A stretch of 27,841 bases of DNA from an uncultured Candidatus Peregrinibacteria bacterium (GTDB taxonomy: Bacteria > Patescibacteriota > Gracilibacteria > Peribacterales > Peribacteraceae): assembly GCA_913054215.1 (NCBI GenBank), contig CAJXJE010000001.1:1-27841 (forward strand). Reading direction: 5' to 3'. Positions within the stretch are counted from its first letter, which is position 1; each line of letters opens with the position of its first letter. Positions 9,162 to 17,519 of this stretch are shown one piece after another. The position numbers and the translations under genes are program-made. Under the pieces are notes generated by a model, which saw only the letters and a program-made list of their open reading frames with translations, did not search any database and had not been told where the DNA came from.

Positions 9162-9943
9162 ACCCCTTCTTCCGGACACTCATCTGGGCAGAACCTTTTC
9201 ATAAAGGCGTCCACAAGGTCGATAAACAGCTCACGGAACTCGATGACTTTCTCGGGGATTTTCTGGTCGTCTTTGCGTAGGTACAACCCTTGGTTGAGTT
9301 CAATCTGAATTCCCGGAACCAAGAATGGTGGGATACGACGACGGTGACAGTGATGTCCAAGAATATACTTGCCCGTATAGGGGAAGTTGATCGCAACCTT
9401 GTATCCTTTTTCCTCAAAGAAATCACGGAAGAAGAGGGTGTGTTCCCTTGTACAAGAGGAAAAGTTCATGTTGCCCAAGTTGATATCTGGTCGCTCTTTA
9501 CCACTATCCTTTTTCAGCTTCGGCCCAAAAGGGAGAAATGAGTGGCAGTCGATGAGAAACTGCACCTTCGGAATATGCTGTTCCAGTGCGTCGTGATATG
9601 GGTCGTGGTAGTTTTTGATAAGCAAATCGACAACCTCTGGGTCGGGTTCCACTTTGTACACACTTTTCCCGTCCCATGTGGTATGGACAGTCACTCCTTC
9701 TGCTGCAAGCTCGTACTCTTTGGAGATATCATCCGGTGCACGGTTTGGGTCGACGATAACTCGGGAGAAATTACTCTGCACCTTGTAGACATTATCGATA
9801 CTGAAAATTTCATCCGTAAACAGATCTGTATATCCCAAGAGCTCTTCGGCAGTGAGTGCGATTTTGTCTGCCACTTCCTCAGGGACTGCGGAGCTTGCGT
9901 GAGGGATGGAGACGAGTATCGGTCGTGGCGAGATACTAGCCAT
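9158..9943 (-). CDS. N-formylglutamate amidohydrolase family protein
   Basis: SIPHAS, TDLFTD, SRVIVDPNR, YHDPYH, IDCHSF, RPDINLG, NFPYTG, IQIELN match the FGase/HutG Zn-hydrolase pattern. Confidence 0.85.
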   Translation of the reverse strand: MASISPRPILVSIPHASSAVPEEVADKIALTAEELLGYTDLFTDEIFSIDNVYKVQSNFSRVIVDPNRAPDDISKEYELAAEGVTVHTTWDGKSVYKVEPDPEVVDLLIKNYHDPYHDALEQHIPKVQFLIDCHSFLPFGPKLKKDSGKERPDINLGNMNFSSCTREHTLFFRDFFEEKGYKVAINFPYTGKYILGHHCHRRRIPPFLVPGIQIELNQGLYLRKDDQKIPEKVIEFRELFIDLVDAFMKRFCPDECPEEGV

Positions 9944-10770
9944 TAACGTTTACTGTATGTATGTGTGAGTAAGTGTGAAGCAGGGAGGATCTTCGTACCA
10001 TCATTGGTGTCTAGTACGATGTTCGTTAGCGTAAATTCTTTTACTGTTCCTGTGACATCGTTGATAGAAATCTCATCACCGATAGCAAGCTGCCTTTTAA
10101 GTTGCTGACAGGCCGTTGCATTATCAATCACCGTTCGTGCACCAAATGCAGCACCAAGACCGAGCATCAGAAGTCCCACAGAGACGATGGTCACAATCCC
10201 ATTAAGGATGTAGTGCAAATTAAATCCGAGTTGGTCGATAGCGGCGACAAAGACAAAAACAAGCACCACCATTTGTACGGTTTTACCGGCAAACTTCTTG
10301 TAGGTGATATCCATTCTACTTAGCGTTTGGAATGTGAGCATCTGCAAGAACCTCGCAAGGAGCATTCCAAAGATGATCATGAGTAGTGCTGCTATGACCT
10401 GTGGAATGTAGTTGGTGATAACGGCAAGCCCATCACTTACTTGTTGTAAGTGCAATGTGTCAGAAGCGACAATCAGTGTCAGTAGTATGATCAACCAAAA
10501 CACCAACCAGCCAAGTATGTCACTGATACTTTTATGGATACCAATGCTCTTGAGCATGCCGGTGAGAGGCGTCTTGGCAGAAAGCTTATCAATGGCAAAG
10601 AATCCAAGAACCCACAGTACTGCATGATGGATTAGTACGGCTGCCACCCATCCGACAAAAACGACGACTATAGCGAATAAAATCTCTGGCAAAAGCCCCC
10701 ATACCTTGTCGGATACAGAAACCACGCTATGGGAGAGCATCAGCTGGAAACGTTCAAATATTGCATTCAT
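9943..10770 (-). CDS. Small-conductance mechanosensitive channel family protein (MscS-like, extra N-terminal TM helices)
   Basis: Several TM helices, then LGAAFGAR..IDN and IGDEISINDVTGTVKEFTLTNIVL (MscS beta domain). Confidence 0.8.
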   Translation of the reverse strand: MNAIFERFQLMLSHSVVSVSDKVWGLLPEILFAIVVVFVGWVAAVLIHHAVLWVLGFFAIDKLSAKTPLTGMLKSIGIHKSISDILGWLVFWLIILLTLIVASDTLHLQQVSDGLAVITNYIPQVIAALLMIIFGMLLARFLQMLTFQTLSRMDITYKKFAGKTVQMVVLVFVFVAAIDQLGFNLHYILNGIVTIVSVGLLMLGLGAAFGARTVIDNATACQQLKRQLAIGDEISINDVTGTVKEFTLTNIVLDTNDGTKILPASHLLTHTYSKR

Positions 10771-10831
10771 TAAGCTAAATTATAGCAGAATTACCCTTAG
10801 AGCGCGATAGGCATTAATCTGACAAGCATTA

Positions 10832-10859
10832 TTGACATGCAGCGAAATATTCGTAGAAT
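10832..10859 (+). promoter_or_regulatory. Sigma70-type promoter TTGACA-16-TAGAAT
   Basis: Hexamers at 10832-10837 and 10854-10859; ATG 9 nt downstream. Confidence 0.7.
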
Positions 10860-10868
10860 GCTCGCGCT

Positions 10869-11276
10869 ATGAGTAGAAGAACCAGATTACGAGAGCTTGG
10901 CCAACAGCTTGAAGAAAAAAAAGTTGCCTTAACAGCAAACCATACTGATGGGCATCCTATCCTTGGAGAGAAGAGCCACGGAGATGTTGGTGAGATTGAA
11001 CAACGAACGAAACAATATGAATCAGACAGAGTGCTTGCAGCTATCGACAGAAAGCACGAAGGACGGTTTGGTAAGTGCGATGGTTGCGATGGCGACGTTC
11101 TTATATCCCGCCTTGTAGCTGATATCTGTGCAGATATGTGTATCGATTGTCGCAGAACACTCGAAGCAAGAGATGAATTTGCAGAGGAGGATGAAGTTGA
11201 GCTGGATTTTGGCGGTGCAGAGCGCCATGAGTATACAATGAGTACAACTGAAGCAAATAAATTACTCGGTCGATAA
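10869..11276 (+). CDS. TraR/DksA C4-type zinc-finger protein
   Basis: N-terminal helical region, then G-R-F-G-K-CDGC-x17-CIDC; acidic C-terminal tail. Confidence 0.8.
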   Translation: MSRRTRLRELGQQLEEKKVALTANHTDGHPILGEKSHGDVGEIEQRTKQYESDRVLAAIDRKHEGRFGKCDGCDGDVLISRLVADICADMCIDCRRTLEARDEFAEEDEVELDFGGAERHEYTMSTTEANKLLGR

Positions 11277-11278
11277 TT

Positions 11279-11548
11279 ATGGATGAAGCAGAGAAAACAG
11301 ATGGGCTACCAGTAAATACCATGAGGGCATTTGATACTGGCAGTACAACATTTGGGTCGGAAGGAGATGCTGCGTCCACTAGAGCAAATCAGTTTAATAA
11401 TGCTGCTCTAGCGGCCCGCGGCCCTCGTACCCCTCGCAGTGCTGAGCCCCTCGAGAAGTGTGCTCGATGCAGTGGCCCTATAGAAGCCGCGCGCACAGAG
11501 CTCAGATTTGCTATATGTATAGCCTGCGCGAGAGCAGCTGAGTCCTAA
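11279..11548 (+). CDS. Second, shorter TraR/DksA-like C4 zinc-finger protein
   Basis: CARC-x15-CIAC with I-E-A-A-R; SEGDAAS resembles the DxxDxA tip. Confidence 0.7.
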   Translation: MDEAEKTDGLPVNTMRAFDTGSTTFGSEGDAASTRANQFNNAALAARGPRTPRSAEPLEKCARCSGPIEAARTELRFAICIACARAAES

Positions 11549-11590
11549 ACTTCCACAATAATCGGAACCACCATAGGTTCGCGGTTTAGC
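11545..11590. repeat. Direct repeat copy A: displaced 3' end of rnj
   Basis: 43/46 identical to 12849-12894; the minus strand encodes LNREPMVVPIIVEV*. Confidence 0.95.
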
Positions 11591-12500
11591 CGCTATTGGT
11601 GTTGAGTGGTGCACGCGTTCGTGGTTCCATATACCTGAGACTACCTTCGAGAGGTTGCACCAAAGCAAGAAAAGATGAAGGTGTAAAATTACCGCCAAAT
11701 CTACATACAAGAGATGTCACGTCCTTTCTTTTTTGTATGATAGTTATTCCAGATTGTTTTAATATTTTAGTGACAAAAGGTAGATCTTTTTCAGACGTAT
11801 AGCCAAGCGCAAACTCTTTTGCCTTATTATAGACATCTATTTCTGAATAAATATAGCAGTCTGCGCTCCTTACGCTACTACAGTATTCTCTTACACCTTT
11901 TAGTGTAGCGGGGCCTTCTTCGCGATTAGATCGTACCAGTGCAGCATTCAGAGTTAAGGACAACTCTTCTACCCCAATTGTTAATGGAGAATTTGAAGAA
12001 ACTAACCCCATAGATTCAGCTTTTTTCAACGTGGTACGCATGGCTTTTATATGAGCAGTAACTTTGCCGGAAGGCTGCTTACTGCTAAATTTAAAATTAG
12101 GATTTTTGAGTATCGTAATAAATTTCCTTGCAGTAGTTAATTGCTTTTTGGCAGCATCTTTAATATCTTGCACCTTAATAAAATTATGAGTTGGCACTCC
12201 TTTTATTCGGCGTAAAACATATGAAATATCAGCTTGTGCTCTGTCTATAGAAGCCTCTTGATTTTTTTGAAGTAAGTCAGATGCTTCTTCAATAATCTTC
12301 TGCCAATCTCCGTGTTCCTTTGCGGTAATAAACTTCTTAGCATGAAGGTTATCTAACATGGCTTCGCAAATCTCCGCCTTTCTTTCTAGCTCATTTTTTC
12401 GAGGATCAAGTTCTTCAGGTGTGTTACTTGCATTTTCTTTTCGTTCCGCACCGGGCCTCTGTCGGAATTGTTCTCCCGGTCCTGAAGATTGTGGACACAT
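11586..12500 (-). CDS. Hypothetical protein (304 aa, basic, helical), islet cargo
   Basis: Long AT-rich ORF; GTG start overlaps the stop of the upstream ORF; its stop lies within the repeat. No motif recognised. Confidence 0.6.
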   Translation of the reverse strand: MCPQSSGPGEQFRQRPGAERKENASNTPEELDPRKNELERKAEICEAMLDNLHAKKFITAKEHGDWQKIIEEASDLLQKNQEASIDRAQADISYVLRRIKGVPTHNFIKVQDIKDAAKKQLTTARKFITILKNPNFKFSSKQPSGKVTAHIKAMRTTLKKAESMGLVSSNSPLTIGVEELSLTLNAALVRSNREEGPATLKGVREYCSSVRSADCYIYSEIDVYNKAKEFALGYTSEKDLPFVTKILKQSGITIIQKRKDVTSLVCRFGGNFTPSSFLALVQPLEGSLRYMEPRTRAPLNTNSG

Positions 12501-12778
12501 TAGATTTCATCAAAAGAAGGTAAAACCTCATTGCGCCTATCTTCTTCCTCTGCCCGCATGTTTCCTTCCCGTTTTAGTGTATGAATGAGCTCATCTATTG
12601 TTGCCAAACTTTCTGCGAGAGCCTCGTGCTGTTTTGCAATGCTGACTTTTAATACATCAACAATTTGTATTTTTTCAGCTTCGCTTAATTGTTCGGCTAC
12701 TTCTACGAGATGATCTGAGTAATCACTCTCGAGAAAGGTACATTTTTGAACAAATACGATGAAGGTTTTTGTGTCCAT
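12500..12778 (-). CDS. Hypothetical protein (92 aa, acidic helical), islet cargo
   Basis: ATG 12778 (MDTKTFIVFVQKC...). The longer ORF-track start overlaps rnj and is unlikely. Confidence 0.6.
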   Translation of the reverse strand: MDTKTFIVFVQKCTFLESDYSDHLVEVAEQLSEAEKIQIVDVLKVSIAKQHEALAESLATIDELIHTLKREGNMRAEEEDRRNEVLPSFDEI

Positions 12779-12848
12779 ATATGCAAAAGATAATCTTAGT
12801 ATTGTACCAGAATTAGGCACTAAGAACAATATCTCTTGCGTTATATGG

Positions 12849-12894
12849 CTAAACTTCCACAATAATCGGAACCACCATCGGTTCGCGATTGAGC
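12849..12894. repeat. Direct repeat copy B: current 3' end of rnj
   Basis: See copy A. Confidence 0.95.
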
Positions 12895-14726
12895 TTACGA
12901 TCAAAGTATCGATACAGCGCACTATTCACAGCACGCTTGAGAGCTTTGCGGTCGTTATCACCACGGTCGAGTGCATCGATGTATGCCTTCTTGGCTCGTT
13001 GCACAACCTCTTTGGTAATCACTTCTTCTTCGGATCCATAGATCAATCCTCGGCTGAGGACATCGGGGTCTCCGACAAGTCGCTTACTATCTTTGTAGAC
13101 TTTCAAGACGACAACAACGCTGCCCCCTTTACTCATGATCTGACGGTCACGAATGACACGCTGACCTTCGCCAGCACCACCACCCTTACCATCGATAATA
13201 ATATCCTGTACTTCGATTTTGCTCTTACTTTTGCGAGCGCTACCATTGGCATCAAACTCGAGGATCTCTCCGTTTTTGAGCAGATGAATCTGGTTATCGG
13301 GATATCCAATCTTCTTTGCAAGTTCTGCGTGGGCATAGCGCATAGAAGGTTCCCCATGTTCGGGGATAATATGCTTCGCTTTAACCAAACGGTGCATCAG
13401 CAAAATGTCTTCAGCTTTTCCGTGTCCGGTAACGTGAAGAGCGAGCTCTGCGTTCGTCTTTACGATGGCACCTTGCATACTCAAGTTATTGATCACCTTT
13501 GCAACAGCACGTTCGTTTCCGATAATCGGATTGGAGCTGAGGATAATCGTGTCGCCTTTCTTCACACCAATTTGTCGGTGTGTACCAAGGCCGATACGTG
13601 CAAGTCCTGCCATCTCTTCTCCTTGGCTTCCTGTGGTCACAATAATCACCTGGTTATCAGGGAGTTTATCCATGCCGGGGCTGACTTTGCGGATCATGCC
13701 GCGTGGTGCTTTGATGTACCCGAGGTTCTGAGCAATTTCGATATTGGTCACCATACTGCGACCAGAAACAAACACCTTGCGGTTATATTTTTTCGCATGT
13801 TCTACCACCTGTTGAATACGATTGAGCAGTGAGCTAAATGTCGAAACAATCACGCGTCCTTCTGCATCACGAATCAACTTGTTTAATGTGTCAGAAATTT
13901 CTGCTTCACTTTTACTGTGTCCAGGCTTAGCAGCGTTTGTCGAGTCCGCGATAATCGCGAGCACTCCATCTTCGCCAAGCTTTGCCAGACGTTGAAAGTC
14001 TGCAGGCTCTTCACTCATCGGTGTGAGGTCGAACTTAAAGTCCCCCGTATGAACGAGTGTTCCGTATGGGGTATGCACTGCGATCGCTGCGGAGTCGGGA
14101 ATAGAGTGTGTTACTTTTAAAAATTCCACCTCTACTTTTCCAATGCGAATTTTTTGACCATATTTAGCATTATGTAGTCTGCATTTGCTGGTCAGCTTTT
14201 CTTCATCCAATCGCTTTTTAACGAATGCCATCGTCAGCTCGGTTCCGTAACATGGTGGGTAGTGCAATCCTGCCATAAGGTGCTGTACAGCACCGATGTG
14301 GTCTAAGTGCCCATGCGTAAAGAGCACGGCTTTTATGCGGTTCTCTTTTCCGCGAAGGGAAGAAAGATCCGGTATCAAATAGTCGATACCAAGCATGTCT
14401 TCGTCCGGAAACTGTAGACCCAAGTCTATAATATAAATGTCTTGGTCTACTTCTATAACGAAGCAGTTACGGCCTACTTGTTCAAATCCACCGAGTGGAT
14501 AGACACGAAGTTTGCCTCCTGCAAAATGAGCAGGCTTTTGCGCGGGGCGCGGTGCAGGTTTATGTGAGTCCTGCCTCACAGGCTTTCTCGCGGTATTGCG
14601 AAAGGGAGGCCTGTTCCCTTGGTGCGGCTTTCGTTGTCCGCCTTGATTTGTGTTGCCCCGCTGGGGCTGTTGTTTCTTCCGCTCGTCACCCTTATTGGAT
14701 CCGAGCCATTCTCCTACGGTTTTCAT
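12849..14726 (-). CDS. rnj: Ribonuclease J
   Basis: PLGGFEQVGRN, THGHLDHIG, HSIPD, HTGDFKFD, DSTNA, TGSQGE, HVTGHG and the REPMVVPII C-terminus; ~70-aa low-complexity N-terminal extension. Confidence 0.96.
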   Translation of the reverse strand: MKTVGEWLGSNKGDERKKQQPQRGNTNQGGQRKPHQGNRPPFRNTARKPVRQDSHKPAPRPAQKPAHFAGGKLRVYPLGGFEQVGRNCFVIEVDQDIYIIDLGLQFPDEDMLGIDYLIPDLSSLRGKENRIKAVLFTHGHLDHIGAVQHLMAGLHYPPCYGTELTMAFVKKRLDEEKLTSKCRLHNAKYGQKIRIGKVEVEFLKVTHSIPDSAAIAVHTPYGTLVHTGDFKFDLTPMSEEPADFQRLAKLGEDGVLAIIADSTNAAKPGHSKSEAEISDTLNKLIRDAEGRVIVSTFSSLLNRIQQVVEHAKKYNRKVFVSGRSMVTNIEIAQNLGYIKAPRGMIRKVSPGMDKLPDNQVIIVTTGSQGEEMAGLARIGLGTHRQIGVKKGDTIILSSNPIIGNERAVAKVINNLSMQGAIVKTNAELALHVTGHGKAEDILLMHRLVKAKHIIPEHGEPSMRYAHAELAKKIGYPDNQIHLLKNGEILEFDANGSARKSKSKIEVQDIIIDGKGGGAGEGQRVIRDRQIMSKGGSVVVVLKVYKDSKRLVGDPDVLSRGLIYGSEEEVITKEVVQRAKKAYIDALDRGDNDRKALKRAVNSALYRYFDRKLNREPMVVPIIVEV

Positions 14727-14760
14727 TAGTTATGAATTATGTATGAATTAATATGCCACC

Positions 14761-14789
14761 ATCATAGTCCACTCGAGGGTGTATTGCAA
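14761..14789 (-). promoter_or_regulatory. Probable rnj promoter TTGCAA-17-TATGAT
   Basis: Reverse complement of ttgcaa (14784-14789) and atcata (14761-14766). Confidence 0.5.
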
Positions 14790-15011
14790 GCAGTGCTTTG
14801 CAAAGGCATCGACTTTTTGGCTTAGGTTAAACGAATTTTTATCAGGAAAATTTGTTTTAGTACGGTGTTGTATTGTAATTTTCATTCACAATGCTCAGAA
14901 ATCACTCCAAAACAATCCAGCTTCATCATAGTGAGATACTACACCCTGAACATCATCTGTACTCGCTCCAGCTTGCTGAAACTCGCTTCCATCGGTAGCC
15001 TATAACACTGT

Positions 15012-16937
15012 ATGGAGATAACTGTGCAAACAGGCCACACCAGACCAAAGCGGGGGACCACACTCATCGCGGATAGTTTTGTGAGCAGCAGTGGGGAGGA
15101 TGTCGCTCTACTTATACAAGTAACCGGATCTCCGGCAGATGCAAAGACGCTCGAAAAAGAGTGTAAAACTGTTATCAAACACGCGCTTCTCGAAACAGAT
15201 GGTGATGCAGCCCAGCGATTAGATGGATCACTCAAAGAACTCAACGGACTCTTTAAAGGTCTCACCTTCTCTCAATCGGTTGAGGAAGTACATGCGATTT
15301 TAGGAATCATCGATAAGACCGGAATCTTACACGTGTCCCACGCAGGTCGTGCAGAGGCATATGTCGTTCGTGGCAGTGGAGCAAGTCAAATTACGGAGTA
15401 TACCCGTGGCAAACCCACTCCAGCATTTGTGCATATAGCGAGTGGTGTACTCGAGCAGCGTGATGTCATTATTCTATCTACTCAGAGACTCCTACGCACC
15501 GTAACACCTGCACAACTTGCACAACTTGCCCAGCGTGGAGAGCATCTTCTCGATGAGCTCATTACCGAACTCGAATCCGAAAAAGAACAGGCAGCCATTG
15601 GACTCTTCCATGTATCGGGCCGCGGCAAGGCGTCGTCTGGCAAACCCGTAAAGTCCGCACCATCGCGTCGCCGAAGGCGCAAGAGCGGAGCACTCTCGGC
15701 AGTACTTGCTTCTGCTGCTGATGTTACTGCACGTGTCAGCGACTATGTTCCATCAGGAATACCAGGGCGCATACAAGAGTTGGTATCGGGCTTTATGTCA
15801 GATCTCTCCGATCCAAAGAAAAAACGCAGAGCACACTTACTACTTCTTGCGGGGACAGTTGCGGCGTTCCTTATCGTATGGGCAGTAGTGAACTTGTCTA
15901 CAGGAAGCCAAAGCCGAGCATCTCGTGCAGAGCTTGAAGAGCGACTCGATGAAGTGAGCCAGCTCATTCGTACTGCAGAAAATCGCAGACTCTCCGGTGA
16001 GACCGATAGTGCAAACGCGATATTAGAGCAGGCCGAGCAGCGCGCGAAACAAGTGATGGATAACGAAAGTAATTTATTCCGTGCGCAAGCTTTGGATCTT
16101 TTGGAACGCATTCGCACCAAGCGTGAAGAGATTAATAACATCGTGCGGCTCTCTCCTCGGGTCGTCGTCAGCCTTGCCACAAAGAATAAAGACATTGATG
16201 CGCTTGGATTCATCGGACTTCCAGACGGTGAGTTTATCGCTTACGACAGACAAGATCTCTACCGTGTACTTCTAAACTCTGTCGAAGATGCCGACCGATT
16301 GGTTGAAGATGAGTTGATCTTAGATGCTGATGATTTCCCGCGGTACCAGACAACGGTATTCCAAACGACGGACAATAGTATTATCGAACTCATCAACGGT
16401 CAGCCGACATCCATGAAGACTGCAGACCCTGCAGGTTGGATAAAAGGTACCGACATCGAAACGTACTTGCGGTTCCTCTACGTACTCTCTCCAGAGAACA
16501 ATCAGATCTACAAATATGAGCGACTCGCAAACAGGTACACCGCTCCTGCGGAGTACAATGTGAACGGAGATCTCGAAGGATCTATCGACATGGCTATTGA
16601 TGGAAACATTTTCATCCTGAAAGAGGGGGGAGAAGTGATGCGGCTCCTGCGTGGCGAGGTGAAGCCATTTACCATCCGTCACCTTCCAGAGGAGGCTCTC
16701 AAAAATGCGACCAAACTCTACAAAGTATTCGATGGTCACTTGTACTTCCTCGACCCATCCGCTGGACGCGTCGTCGTTGCGACTCCGGGTGGAGGCGCGG
16801 GTGAAGGGTCGTATGTACGGCAGTACATTCTTGAGGGAGATCAGATCGGTGACCTCAAAGATATCTACGTTGATGAAGAGGAGACCAAGATGTATCTGAT
16901 TGATGATAAGAGAATCCATGTAGTTGATCTTCGATGA
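15012..16937 (+). CDS. Membrane protein: degenerate PP2C-like N-terminal domain, single TM, coiled coil, beta-propeller-like C-terminus
   Basis: HVSHAGRAEAYVVRG and DVIILSTQRL align with PP2C HxGDSRAY and LxSDGL but lack the Asp residues; TM LLLLAGTVAAFLIVWAVV; repeated propeller-like blades (LYVL, IFIL, LYFLD, MYLID). Confidence 0.65.
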   Translation: MEITVQTGHTRPKRGTTLIADSFVSSSGEDVALLIQVTGSPADAKTLEKECKTVIKHALLETDGDAAQRLDGSLKELNGLFKGLTFSQSVEEVHAILGIIDKTGILHVSHAGRAEAYVVRGSGASQITEYTRGKPTPAFVHIASGVLEQRDVIILSTQRLLRTVTPAQLAQLAQRGEHLLDELITELESEKEQAAIGLFHVSGRGKASSGKPVKSAPSRRRRRKSGALSAVLASAADVTARVSDYVPSGIPGRIQELVSGFMSDLSDPKKKRRAHLLLLAGTVAAFLIVWAVVNLSTGSQSRASRAELEERLDEVSQLIRTAENRRLSGETDSANAILEQAEQRAKQVMDNESNLFRAQALDLLERIRTKREEINNIVRLSPRVVVSLATKNKDIDALGFIGLPDGEFIAYDRQDLYRVLLNSVEDADRLVEDELILDADDFPRYQTTVFQTTDNSIIELINGQPTSMKTADPAGWIKGTDIETYLRFLYVLSPENNQIYKYERLANRYTAPAEYNVNGDLEGSIDMAIDGNIFILKEGGEVMRLLRGEVKPFTIRHLPEEALKNATKLYKVFDGHLYFLDPSAGRVVVATPGGGAGEGSYVRQYILEGDQIGDLKDIYVDEEETKMYLIDDKRIHVVDLR

Positions 16938-16962
16938 AGATCAACAATGTTGAAATGAAGAA

Positions 16963-16984
16963 ACCTGCCTGCCGGCAGGCAGGT
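16963..16984. repeat. Perfect 22-bp palindrome ACCTGCCTGCCGGCAGGCAGGT
   Basis: acctgcctgcc is the exact reverse complement of ggcaggcaggt. Confidence 0.9.
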
Positions 16985-17005
16985 GTTGAATAGGAGAAAA
17001 TATGC

Positions 17006-17037
17006 TTTTCAGGTTTTCAAATTTTCAGGTTTTCAGG
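17006..17037. repeat. Four tandem 8-bp units TTTTCA(G/A)(G/A)
   Basis: ttttcagg ttttcaaa ttttcagg ttttcagg. Confidence 0.85.
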
Positions 17038-17049
17038 TTTACTGATCAT

Positions 17050-17460
17050 ATGAAGATATTAACTTTCGGTACTTTCGATCACTTGCACCCCGGACATTTG
17101 GCATATCTCAATGAGGCAAAAAGCATGGGAGATCTTTTCATAATCGTTGCACGTGATAGTCATGTGGAGGAAATCAAAGGAGCAGCTCCCGACCAGTCAG
17201 AAGAATTCCGGATGGCAGCGCTCAAAGAGGCGTTTCCCGATGCCACTATCCTCCTAGGAGATAGTGAGGATTACCTGGTACCCGTCAGACAGATCAATCC
17301 AGACCTCATCGTTATGGGCTACGATCAGCGCCTTCCTCCAGGGGTCTCTGAGGAGGAATTAGGCTGTAAAGTAGTGCGTGCAGCCCCATTAGACCCAGAT
17401 ATTCACAAATCCAGCCTCCGGAAACAAAAGACGCCAAAGGCGTCCTTTAAGAACAAGTGA
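17050..17460 (+). CDS. Cytidylyltransferase-family nucleotidyltransferase (RibL-like FAD synthase or glycerol-3-phosphate cytidylyltransferase)
   Basis: GTFDHLHPGH (HxGH), IVARD, PDLIVMGYDQ, KSS. ATG 17050; the ORF-track extension translates the octamer repeat. Confidence 0.8.
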   Translation: MKILTFGTFDHLHPGHLAYLNEAKSMGDLFIIVARDSHVEEIKGAAPDQSEEFRMAALKEAFPDATILLGDSEDYLVPVRQINPDLIVMGYDQRLPPGVSEEELGCKVVRAAPLDPDIHKSSLRKQKTPKASFKNK

Positions 17461-17462
17461 TA

Positions 17463-17490
17463 TTGACAATTGAGGCTTATAGAGTAGAAT
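17463..17490 (+). promoter_or_regulatory. Sigma70-type promoter TTGACA-16-TAGAAT
   Basis: Hexamers at 17463-17468 and 17485-17490, upstream of ATG 17520. Confidence 0.7.
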
Positions 17491-17519
17491 TCCAGCCTCT
17501 ATTCATACCCTTTAATCAT

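Larger units (their letters stand above)
11545..12894. mobile_element. Integrated islet (1304-bp repeat period) at the rnj 3' end, two ORFs, no integrase
   Basis: Flanked by 46-bp direct repeats duplicating the rnj C-terminal codons. AT-rich: G+C 20/60 at 12061-12120 and 19/60 at 12121-12180 versus 31/60 at 13621-13680 (hand counts). Confidence 0.75.

Noticed and set aside
11545-12894. Prophage or integrase associated with the rnj islet
   Set aside because: No tyrosine or serine recombinase motif and no phage structural genes in the window.
12759-13832. 357-aa plus-strand ORF
   Set aside because: Antisense shadow of rnj with no motifs. The same applies to other long shadows such as 16320-16919, 25844-26149 and 27068-27433.
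14890-14996. Short coding-looking minus-strand frame ATDGSEFQQAGASTDDVQGVVSHYDEAGLFWSDF*
   Set aside because: No start codon, only ~34 codons and no recognisable motif; a gene remnant cannot be supported.
17002-17049. ORF-track N-terminal extensions at 17002, 2026, 641, 7839, 12922, 17985, 19696 and 23472
   Set aside because: They translate repeats, promoters or overlapping genes; downstream ATGs match the family N-termini.
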